Part shown: positions 14,801-26,800 of the stretch, piece after piece
Numbering within the stretch: the first letter of the stretch is position 1
How the letters are laid out: each line of letters starts with the position of its first letter
Assembly (NCBI RefSeq): GCF_001194135.2
Contig: NC_068981.1
Location: forward strand, 5,936,923-6,000,922
DNA: 64,000 nt
Direction of reading: 5' to 3'
Source: Octopus bimaculoides
Lineage: Eukaryota
Program-made: the position numbers and the translations under genes
Notes under the pieces: model-generated
The model's database searches: none
What the model was told of the DNA's origin: nothing
The model's input: the letters and a program-made list of their open reading frames with translations, nothing else

Positions 14801-17800
14801 CTGGCCACATAACACATTTGTTTTCTTTCGTCCTCTTATCCATGCAGCCATTACACCAAATCAAATCCAACTGTGACCATTCCAATCAAACAGCAACTAT
14901 TTTGATGAAGATTCATTCTTTGGTTTGTCTTGCATATCTCTCTCTACCATATCCATGATGAAGTATTCTCTGCTTCCATCAGCAATTTGCAAATCCTTGC
15001 TCTGCTGATCTTCCAACACCAAAAACCTTAATGTGCACACGGAGATAATGCAGCATTATTGAAACAAAGGATTCAAGAAGATTAATGGTTGAGGCCATTG
15101 CTGTCACTTACAAGCAAGTGTAATGTGTACCATGCTGTCACTATTGCTTTTAGGTGCCTGTGGAGTTGTGAACAGAGAGGGGACACCCTCTCAGCACCTT
15201 TCACCTTGTGCAACATTGAAGAGCATGAGAGAGAAAGGAGGAGGATAAAGAGAGAGGAGGAGGGAGAGAAAAAGAGAGTGAGAGAGGAAAGGCGGGAGAG
15301 AGAGAAAGTGTTTCACCAGCAATCAGCTGGTACACATTTACAGCTGAATAGACTGGAGCATTATGAAATGACAAACACAAAGTCACAACGCAATACCCAC
15401 TCTAGGAATTGAACCCATGATGTTATGATTATGAAGTTAATGCCCTGACCACTAGGCCACATACCAATGACTATTGAGTAATATATTATGATCAGTGAAA
15501 GTCCGTGGCTTAGTGGTTCCGGCTTCGGATCACAACCATGAGGCTGTTGTGTCCTTGAGCAAGACACTTCACATTGCTCCAATCCACTCAGCTGGCAAAA
15601 ATGAGTTGTACCTGTCATTACAAAGGGGCCAGCCTTGTCACATTTTGTGTCACTCTGAATCTCCCTAAGAACTACGTCAAGGGTTGCCAAGCAGGCTGTT
15701 CCATTGATCAGATCAACTGGGACACTCGTTGTTGTAACGGACAAAGTGCATGACTTTTTTTTTTTTGGTTTATTATGGAACAATGGTACTTACCAATATT
15801 CAGGTATTTCAAAGAAGTTCTTAAAGTTTCATCACTCAGTTGCTTGCTGGCTTTTTTGAATTTCAATGTCAGGACATTATATGCAAAGTTGAAGGCAATA
15901 TTCTCGGCTACACCATAAGGTCGATAAAGTAAGTTTTCCGCATTCAGGTATTCTTCAAAGAATCCAGGAGTAACAACATCACCTGATGAGGAAACAAAAG
16001 AAAAATAAAATGAGGGTGGTGGAAGTTGTGGTAGGAGGTGTGTTGGCAGGAGTAATGATGGTTGAGGGTGATTATCATTTTAATAGCCACTTTTCCATGC
16101 CTTCATGGTTTGGAGGGAATCTATTGAAGCAGATTGTCTATGGCTGGATGCCCTTCCTGTCATCACACCTTCCTCTGTGTGTGTATATGTATGCAAGTCC
16201 TTTGAACTTTTCCCTTTCTCCTTTCCGACAAAGAGCTGCACTCAAAACGTTAAACTTTCTCCTTTCACCGAACATCAAGCTAATACAAATTCTTGTGCAC
16301 ATCCTCACATTTGTTTTTCTTTTTTTTCATTTTTTTAATCCATTTATTTGAAATGACTATATATTCGGAGTGTTTTGGGAATTCCCTGATAGAGTTATAT
16401 TTGGAGAGAAGATTTTTTTCTCAAAGAGTTAAGATTGAGAAAAGAACCTTTTTAGAAAGTTGAAAGGTACAAAGTTTGGGAAGAGATTTCACAAAATGTG
16501 TGTAGGCTTTGCTTTTATGGATGTGCAAGCGCTTTCAGTATTTAACTCTTTCAAGCACGTGTTATTTCATGTAGTGAAAGTTGTTTTCAGTAAAATTGTT
16601 GTTGACTATTTCTGGTTTAGTTTCAGACTCAGAAATCTTATGGAATATTCTTCTTTTGCCGTCCGGAGAAGGTCAACAAAGAAAATTTACCATTTTCCCT
16701 CTTCATAAAATAAATGAAGAGAACGACCTTCTCTGGAAGACAAAAGAAGAATATTTCATGAGATTTCTGAGTCCGAAACTAAACCATAAATAGTCAACAA
16801 CAATTTTACTGAAAACAACTTCCACTATATGTAATAAGACATGCTTGAAAACGTTAAGAACCGAAAGCTGTATGTGGCTGAGCATTGTCTTGATGGAAGA
16901 ACACCTTTCATCTTGAAACCAAAGATGATTGTTTTTCTTCTAGAGCTGACTTAAGCCACTCAAGCTGCTCATAGTAGATCTCCTTTGTCATCATTTGGTT
17001 TGGGTTTAAAAGTGGACTAAACCTTTCATATACCACCAAACAGATCACACCTTACATGGGTGAAGACCTTCTTTAGCCAGGGGTACCAGTGTTTCTCCTT
17101 TCCCTACCCACTGTCTTCGGCGCTTGGTATTTTTATAGAGAACCCATTTCTCATCACCAGCCACTATTCGCTCCAATAAAGGTTCATTTGTGAGATGCGA
17201 CAGCAAAGAAGAGCACACATTCATTCTCTGTGTGCGATTAGAATCAGAAAGTTTGTGAGGAACCCACTGACCCTATTTTCTGATTTTTCTGATGGCACCC
17301 AAGCGTCGATGAATGGTTGAATGACCAAATCCACACATCTCTATTAGTTCAACAGTTACGATGGCATTTTGTTCCGCCAGGGTTTGCAGTATGTCTTCAC
17401 TGAGTTCTACAGATCTTCCAGAAAGCAACTCATCTTCAAGGCTGTATTTTCTGGTTCAGAATTTCTGGAACCACTGGCTTACACTTATTGTCCAATCCCC
17501 ATATACTGCATTAATATTCCTCACTTTCCTTTTTCATTGTTGCGCTTATTGAACTCAAAGCAAAATATGCCAAATATGCTCCTTTGTCTCTTCCATTATA
17601 GCTTTAAGAATATAACTGCTAAAATCAAACTGCACTCTTCAAAACTTGCACTAAGAATAAGACATAGCAAGTTGATGTAGGTAGTTTATCCTGTGCCCCT
17701 CCGACTTTTACTTCATGCAAGTGAAAAAGTGCATTATTTATGGGATGACCCAGTATATAAATGATATGCCTCTACCAATTCCATTCACAAGGTTTTGGTT

Positions 17801-20800
17801 GACTGAGGCGATAGTAGACACTTGCCCAAGGTGCCACACAGTAGGACTGAACCTGGTACCATGTTGTTGGGAGGCAAAGCTTCTTACCACACAGCCAAGC
17901 TTGCACATGTAAGTGTGTGTGTATGAAGGAAGAGAGAGTCAGGCACAGAATGAGAAAAATTTATAGTACGGACATCAGGAACTTTAAATTTGCAGTAAAA
18001 AAACAGAAATTAAAGAATACCATTCCTTCTTCTCACCTTTTAATCCTTTTAGGTCTCTTACGACCAATATATTTACAATTTTAAAATGTATTTTTCAGGG
18101 GTTTTTTTTTTCTTGAGGGGAAAATAACTTCTATTCATGACCACCACATTTATAAATAATATGGAATGTTTAGAAATATGGTAGTAAGAATTGCAAGAAA
18201 TAATAAATAAAAATCCTGACTTACCAAAGATGTAACTAGCAGCTTTACCAGAACCTGGAACGTAGTCATGTTCTCTTTGTTCTGGTTGAATAAATTGGGC
18301 ATTAATTGGAATATCAAAGTTTGGTACAATGACCGACGCCTGAGTGATCAAGTCCACCAAATAGGGAATGTGGTAATAATTGAGAATGCCATCAGACTGC
18401 AACAGAAATTTAGCAACAAGTAAGAACTCAGAGAAGTATTTGTGTGGGTTTTGTCACTTGTTATTTTTTTTAAAGATTTATTCTTTTGGAAAGGACAAAA
18501 ACCATCATTTTTCTGAGATTGGGTAAATCAAAACATTTGATTCTGTTGTGTCTGGGGAGAGTCATTCTCTTTTGGTGCCTTATAATTTAACACACCGGTA
18601 AAATTTCCACATTTCTTTTTTCATTTTTCTAAAATTTTCATTCCGTCTTGCAACCTTTTCAATAGTTTTACTGGTGAGTGTGTTAAATAATAAGGCACCA
18701 AAAGAAAATGACTCTCCCCAGACACAACAGAATATGCTTCAACACATGAACTCACATAAAGAATCTTGCAAACCAAATCCAAAAACGAAATAAAACATTT
18801 GATGTTTAACTTCAACATCTGTGAATCAATGCCTGCAGGAAAAAATATGAGGAACGGGATGCAGGTGAATGACAAAAGGATGAGATTCTGGTAAGAAAGG
18901 ATTTGATCTGATTGACGTGACACGGTAAGGGCTGATGAGACAATGGAGTATGTACACTTAGCTGCTTGAAAAGAGCAGAAGCCATGGTAATAGGGGTAGA
19001 ATAAGCAGAGTGAGGAGACTGTGTGTATATGAGTGAGACAAATTGAACAGTGAGTCTTTGACAATCAGATGAATGGTATTCTTTGAATATTGTCTGTAAA
19101 TCACGTGTGTGTGGTTAGAAGTAAAGCGTGACAATAAGAGAAACTGAACTTAAACATATCTGATATTAAAACTCATTACACGGGCATCATGATGGAACAG
19201 AAGAGAAAAGGTGCAGCAACTAACACAAACACATAAAAATATGCACAAACATACACACAGGTGTATATGCCATCATCATTATCATCGTTTAATGTCCACT
19301 TTCCATGCTGGCATGGATTGGACGGTTCCACTGAGGTCTGGGAAGCGAGGAGGCTGCACCAGGCTCCAGTCTGATCTGCCAGAGTTTCTACAGCTGGATG
19401 CCCTTCCTAACGCCAACCACTCCAAGAGTGTAGTGGGTGCTTTTTATGTGCCACTGGCACAGGAGCCAGAGGAGGCTGGCACCGACCATGATTAGTTGGT
19501 GCTTTTTACGTACTACCGGCACAGAAGCCAGTCAAGGCGGTGCTGGCATCGGCCATGTTCAGATGGTGCTTTTTACGTGCTACTGGCACAGGGATCACAA
19601 TTACAATTTCCATTTGATTTTGATGTACCTGACTCAATAGGTCGCTTCAAGCACAGCAGGTCACCCTACGATCCAACGTATTTTTGAGTTGGCTGGTTAT
19701 GCGACACTGGTGTACGTTACAGCTGTGGACTCACTTTATTTGCCGGGTCTTCTCAGTCACAGCATACCTCCACAGGTCTCGGTCATTTGTCATTGCCTCT
19801 GTGAGGCCCAATGTTCGAATGTCATGCTTCATCACCTCATCCCAAGTCTTTCTGGGGCTACCTCTACCCTGGATTCCTTCCACTGTTTGGGAGTGACACT
19901 TCTTCACACATCTCTCCTCATCCATTCACAACACATGACCATACCAGCGCAGTCGTCTCTCTTGCACACCACATCTGATGCTTCGTATGTCCAACATTTC
20001 TCTCAGGGCGCTTACACTTTGTCGTGTGTGCACACTGACATTACTCATCCAGTGGATCATGCCAGCTTCATTTCTTTCAAGCCTACGCATGTCCTCAGGG
20101 CTTGAAACATCAAAGATTTCTCCCTTTTTTCCCCAGTGTCAAACTAATGCACCCTGTCTTATTTTTTGTACAATTTTGGATCACATATAAATGCTTGTGT
20201 GTGGTTATAGTCTATTAGGACTGCAACATTGCTGTAGAGCGTAATTAAAATCAGACCTGTATGGATTAATTTAGTTTAAACGACACAAGATTGAGAGAGA
20301 TTAGTTTGCAATGAAAGAGAGACAACAACAACGGACTTACTTTCACACAAACTCTATGTATGACGTAGTCCCTCTCCATGAAACACGAGGCACTGATTTC
20401 CACGTCAAAGCAGCCATTTTGAATAATTGGAATAATAGGCATGTAAATGTCTTTGGACTGTCCAGGTTCCAGCTAGAAAATGGAGAATTAAAATAAGAAA
20501 CCATATAAATCAAAGAACTGGAATATTTAAGCATCGCTGAATCTATCTTTTAAAATTATTTAACAAATCCATGGCCACCTATGGAAAATCTACAGGTGAT
20601 TAGTACTTGGATATTTGGTTAATTATTTCTGATAGTCTGTATTAGAAGGGATTGATTGAATAAAATACATGTTCCTCTTCATCATTAAATAAAAAAAAAA
20701 AACTATACAAACATTTATCCATTTGTTTTCACATGTTTTTCCATGATAGTATGAGTTAGATGAATACACATTGAGGAATTGTTTTACAGGTGGATGCTCT

Positions 20801-23800
20801 TCCTGTCACTAACCCTTATATGTTTATGTTTTTCAAGTAAGGGATCTTTTATAAGTGTTGGAAGATGCAAAGTTAGTAGACAACAATCAACAATATATTG
20901 TAAGGAAGCCCTCATTTAAAAAATTGATGTTATGATGATGATGTCAACAACAATGACAATAATGAAACTTAATTGCTGGCAGAGACATCATATTTTGTTT
21001 TGCAATTGTAGTATACAACCAATTATATTAAAGGCTTTATAAGGCAATACTGTGCCCTACAAGAATGTGTTTAGTTCTATTCAATAGTGTTACACCACTA
21101 AACTTAGTGACTTATTTAAGCAATGTGATTGTAGATGGTTAATAGATTGCATGTGGCACTGATGGAGGAACAAGAACTCCCGAAATATGTATATACCCTT
21201 CATTCTATCTTTGATCACATTGTTTAGATAGACATATTCATATACAAAACATCATAGCTTTCAAATGCTGGCTTGAAATTCTATAGAGATGAATTATAAG
21301 TGATTAGTAAAACTATACTTACAAAGACTATAGTCTGCATATCACCATCAGCCAGTTCTGGACTGTAAGACTGGACTAAACCTAACTCTCCGACAAGGAC
21401 AAATTTATGATACGGAGAAGCATGAGCAGTAACCAACACCTGAAATAGAAATGAATTATGTTGAGAGGGAGAGGGGAGAGGGCAAAGAAGAGGAAAGAAA
21501 GGGAGCAGCAATAGTAACAGGGAAAATGAAAGAGAGGACGAGAGACAAAGAGTGAGGGTAAAGTAAAAAGAAAAAAAACGAGAAGGAAGGAAAGACAAAG
21601 ATGAGAGGGGAAAAGAAGATGGTGGAAGTGGAGAGAAAAAATTTGAGGTTACCTCACAAAGAATATAAATAGGGGAAGGGGGATCAGGAGAGGGACACAG
21701 AGACTAGAGAGAGAGAGAGAGAGAGAGAAACAAAAACAGAATGATAAGAGAAAGAAAAATAGAGAAAAACTAACAAAAAAAAAGCAAAATTTGAGTATTT
21801 TTTTTTACCTCAATGAAGTCATCTTTGTCCCAAAAGTTAAAGACAGTAACTCGGAATCCAACCTGTTCTCCCCTGACAATGTAAGTGGGAGCTTCCACTT
21901 GTATGTACATGTATCGAGAAGCATCATACTAAATAAAATATAAACAAAATTAAAAACATTTATAATTTCAATAACAAACTCTGTTGTGTGTTTCTGCATG
22001 TGTGTTTGTGTGTGTGCGTGCGTATGTGTGCACGTTTGCGCATGTGCTCATGCATGTGGGCCAGTCAGGTGATACTAGCATCAGCCACAACAATATATAT
22101 CATAGAACCCTTTGACCATTAACTAAATCCCTGGGATTGTAAGAGATTTCAATAAATGAAATGCTTATCTTTTACTCTTCAACCAATGATAATGGTGAAA
22201 GAATGGTAAAACCGGATGATTCTATGTGAAAGAATTTTGTAGTGATTCAGAATCTTCAAGATAGTTTATAGAAAAGAATGGCAGGTGAAGTCTTTGCAGT
22301 ATTTCTGTGTTCATTTTTTTTTTTTTTTTTTGTGGGTGAGAAAAAAAATTATTAAAATGAAGCAAAAGTTTAAAACAAAATCTGGCTTACCATAACTGGT
22401 GCTGACATAATTCCAAGACCCAAATCTCGACTGATAGAAAGACCATGCATCACCCAAGTAAGTGGATATTTTGGGGTTTTAATTCGGAAATCAACTCGTC
22501 CATCAGGCCTGTCAAAATTCAAATATTTCTCAATTAACCCTTTCGTTACTGTATNNNNNNNNNNNNNNNNNNNNNNNNNNNNNNNNNNNNNNNNNNNNNN
22601 NNNNNNNNNNNNNNNNNNNNNNNNNNNNNNNNNNNNNNNNNNNNNNNNNNNNNNNNNNNNNNNNNNNNNNNNNNNNNNNNNNNNNNNNNNNNNTGTGCTA
22701 CAGAGCCAGAGCTGGTTTCAAGCAGGTTGGTATCAAAACGGTTAAGAATTGTTTGTCTATTATATATTTTAACCCTTTCGTTACCATATTTCTGTTGAGA
22801 TGCTCTGTGTTTCTTTCAATTACTTTTAAATATAACAAAGAATTTAGTAAAATAACTTAGTTATCATTAAGCTAGTCTTAGGAACATAAATTGTGACTAA
22901 GGTTTGGTGGAAGATTTTAATTCAAAACTTTTGAAAACAAGACATTTGTGCTACAGAGCTAGAAGCAGTTTCAGCAGGGTTGGTATTGAAAGGGTTAATG
23001 AACCACAAAATATCAACAATGCGAACATTTCAGAATCACGAGGTGTCTGTATAAATAACCTCCCAGGATAATAGAAAACAGGGGGGTGGGAAGGGAGAAC
23101 GTTCTTAATCATCAGCATCATCATCTAAGTTAGCTTTCCATGCTAGCATGGGTTGGCCAGATCATCTTATTCTAAATGGGTTGGAGAACAACATTTTGCT
23201 CATGGGTTCTAAGGTTGTGAATCCCCTTGCTAACACCAACTGCTATGCAGAAAGTACAGGGTAGAGTTTATGGAGGCAGCAGCACTGCAGAAGTAGCCAT
23301 GTCATCAACAGCACTAAGCAGTGCTCACCACCCTGCTTTCGGCCGGTTCATTCACCACCACTTCACAGGGTGCAGTGGCACAAGCGTAAGAGAGGTTGCC
23401 TTGTCTCCTGCAATACTAATGAGTCAACTCTATATCATCACCGTTCTATCAAGGTGAATATGTCTGGGAGAGTGAATAGAAGAGAAACAGAGACAGTGAC
23501 ATGTTGGTTGTTGGTAAGGTCATCCAATAAAAAAAATAGCATGATGGGATAGCTACAAGCTGGATGATGGTGAGTGGGAGTGGTAGATGTAACTGAAGAG
23601 TTATAGGGGGAGTGAGAGGGCGATGGCTAGCAGTTATGAAGAGTGAAGGTGAAGGGTACTGGATCTTGGCAAGTGAGATGCCATCCCTCATTATACAGGC
23701 ATCATAATGGAAAAGAGAGATACAGAGATGGAGTGGGGGTGATGGTGGAAGCAAACTAGAGGAGTAAAAGGCAATAGGAGGAGGATTGAATAAAGACAGA

Positions 23801-26800
23801 GCAGATAGCATTCTTGATTATGTAGGCAGAATACGGTAGCAGATAGGAGAAAGGGTGAGTGATCGATGAGAGGCTAAAGAAGGGGACAGTGGCCGGAGAC
23901 TTAACAGGAATAACGAGACACCCAAACGAGATATATTACAGCCCAACCTCTATCGCCAACAGCACTGCCATATTTTAACAACCAGTTTACCATGCTTGTA
24001 CCAATGTTGCATCAGATCTTTCGGATACCAGAATGTTACTATTTCATATGTTTTTTTTGTCATTGCTTTTATTGAGTTTCAGCTTTTGGAGATCAATATT
24101 TTCACCATTTCATCTCAATTCTTCCCTGGTCTTCATCTTCCACAAATTACAAGCAGGTTCAAGCACTCAGCACTTCTTACCCACACAAGTGCAGCCTTTG
24201 TTCTTCAGGTACGCTACGTGGTGGTTTCTAATGAATCTTCAGCATTGTGGTACCCCCAGCTGGTGTCACCTCCAGCATATGAAGACCCCTGACACAGAAA
24301 TCCAGTGGGTTCTTATCAGAAGGGCCATGAGACCATTTGATGTATGTGTGTGCATGGGGTGAGGGTAGCCATACGATCACATGGTTTTTGCCAGGTCTTG
24401 CAGACACGAACTGTCCTCTCTTTATCATATAGAACTTCTACATGACATTCCCCTAATCCAAATGTCTGATGCTGAGCTCAACAACTTCGAGAAATGCCAG
24501 TTTGTCTTCTATTAATAACACACTACATTGTGTTCACCAATACATGGCGCCTGTTGTGCTATCAGACATTCATAAAAGAACAATATATTGACTTACTTTA
24601 CAAAATATTCCTGCCAAATCCAAGAACTATCATCATAGAATCGCTGGACTCTGCTGACTCGATCAATATCAGTTATCAACTTTTGTTTTGTTTCATATTT
24701 ACCTAAAAACAGAAAGAATTTCTTGTTTAAATTAAGTACAGTTTGGTGTCAAATAAGGAAGAATAGTCAAGTTTGTTTCTATTAGGTTTTCTTTACACCC
24801 AAAAACCTGTCTGGTTCTATGACCAGAAAGAAGTCAGTAGAAACAGCAAAGTAGAGACCAAGGGTTAGATGTATAATAAAAGACTCCAGCCTGGCACTTC
24901 TCTCAGATGATAGGTCCTTGTATTGCCAGCTACTTGGCTCATGCAAATGGCACCCGTGCCGATGGATTGTAAAAGCACCCATTACAGTCTTGGAGTGGTT
25001 GGCGTTAGGAAGGGCATCCAGTTGTAGAAACCATACCAAACCAGACTCGAGTCTGGTACAGCCTTCCAGCCTTGCCAGCCCTGGTTAAACTGCCCAACCC
25101 ACGGACAACAAATGCTAAATGATGATGATGTAAAGATAATTCCATCAGCAAAGAAGAGATCTGGTGAGAACTTTGTTACCTATGAAGTTGTCATAGCAAC
25201 AGTTCTAAGAATAAAAAAAAAACAGTTTCAGCAAAATCGTTTTTACTCACATTCATGTTCATCTGCACCGTCAGCACAGTCGAAGCGTTTGTCACATCTC
25301 TGTTGCTCAGAATAGCAACCGGACAGGAAACACGGATAGTAGTCGGGGTCTGTATTACAGGTATCTGAGAAAAAAAGAAAATTGAAATATTCCTTTCACA
25401 TTTTGACACAAGGTGAGCAATTGCAGGAAAAGGGGTAAGTTGAGGTCATTGACTCCCAGTGCTCAACTGCTACTTATTTTATTGGCCCTGAAAAGATGAA
25501 GAACAAAATCAACCCCAGAGGCATTTGAACTCAGTACCTAAAGTTGAAAGAAATGGTGTCGAGCATTTTTTGGTGGCACAGTGGCAACTCTGCCAGTTTT
25601 CCACCTTAAAAAATAGAAATATTGAAACCCATTTTAGATTTTTAAAACTCATTTTATCTTCACACACCCCACCTCACCTATTCCCCACCCCTTACAGTCT
25701 GGCAACCTCTACCACCCCCATACTCCAAGTTCTTCTGCCTTCACTCACTTCTACCCACCTTGTACCTTGAGGAGATTCCTATAAATGCCTCACCATTTTT
25801 ATCTCTTCCCAGCACCACTTTGATCTCTTTGAAAATGTGAGTAACCACGTGGTCCTTCTACTGCAAGAAACCTGTTCTGCTCTGATCTACTTCTCTCATC
25901 CTTTAACCCCCTCATCTTTTAGCATAAAGCCCTCCCCCCACTCCTTGGGGTTCTTAGTTATGATGGTGACAGGAGCATGGAAAAATATCCAATACACACA
26001 GAGTAAAGTGGTTGGCATTAGGAAGAACATCCAGCAGTAGAAGTCTTAACAAAGTAGACAGTGGAGCAGGACAAAATGCTTGGATCTGTAAGATCTTGTC
26101 AATGTGTAGAACCAATGCAACCCAGCAAAGACCATGCACATTAAGTGAGGATGATGATAACCATTATTTGAGACCATCATCATAGTTTAACACCCATGTT
26201 CCATTCTGGCACATGTCAAACACTTTGGTAGGAAAGATTGTTTGCCAACATAACGTGGCAGTCCTGGTTTAGGACGAATGTTACTGTAATTTAGCCCCAG
26301 GAGACATCGTCTCCAATGGCTATACAACACAATCTGTATCCTTATATTTTCAAACAAGGGTGCTAGATTCCTTTGTTCGAAAATATAAGGCCACAGATCA
26401 TGTCATATAGCCAGCTGGAGACGATGTCTCCTGGGGCTAAATTACAGCAACATTCGTCCTAAACCAGGACTGCCATGTTATGTTGGCAAACAATCTTTAC
26501 TCCAAAGTACTGTTGCTGAATATCTCTCATTGTGAGATTTACAAATAGTAATTTTCTACTTTGATAGGAGTTGGCAAATCAGAAGACTATGTTAAGCTCT
26601 GCCAAAACGATATTAAATTGAAGGTTGCAGATTTTCAAGAGAAGAGTTGTATTAGATTAAAGTGGACCCTAGTATTCAACTGGTACTTAATCATTACTAG
26701 ATTCATGAAAAGGTTGGATTTGGGAAGGCTTGAGCTCAAAATATAAAAGATAACTGCCTAACAATCTCTTTCGACCATAGTGTACAGCTTAGGGGAGAAA

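Noticed and set aside
15900-15914. A-to-I editing restoring the thioester motif
   Set aside because: GTA cannot become TGY and AAT cannot become CAR by A-to-G changes.
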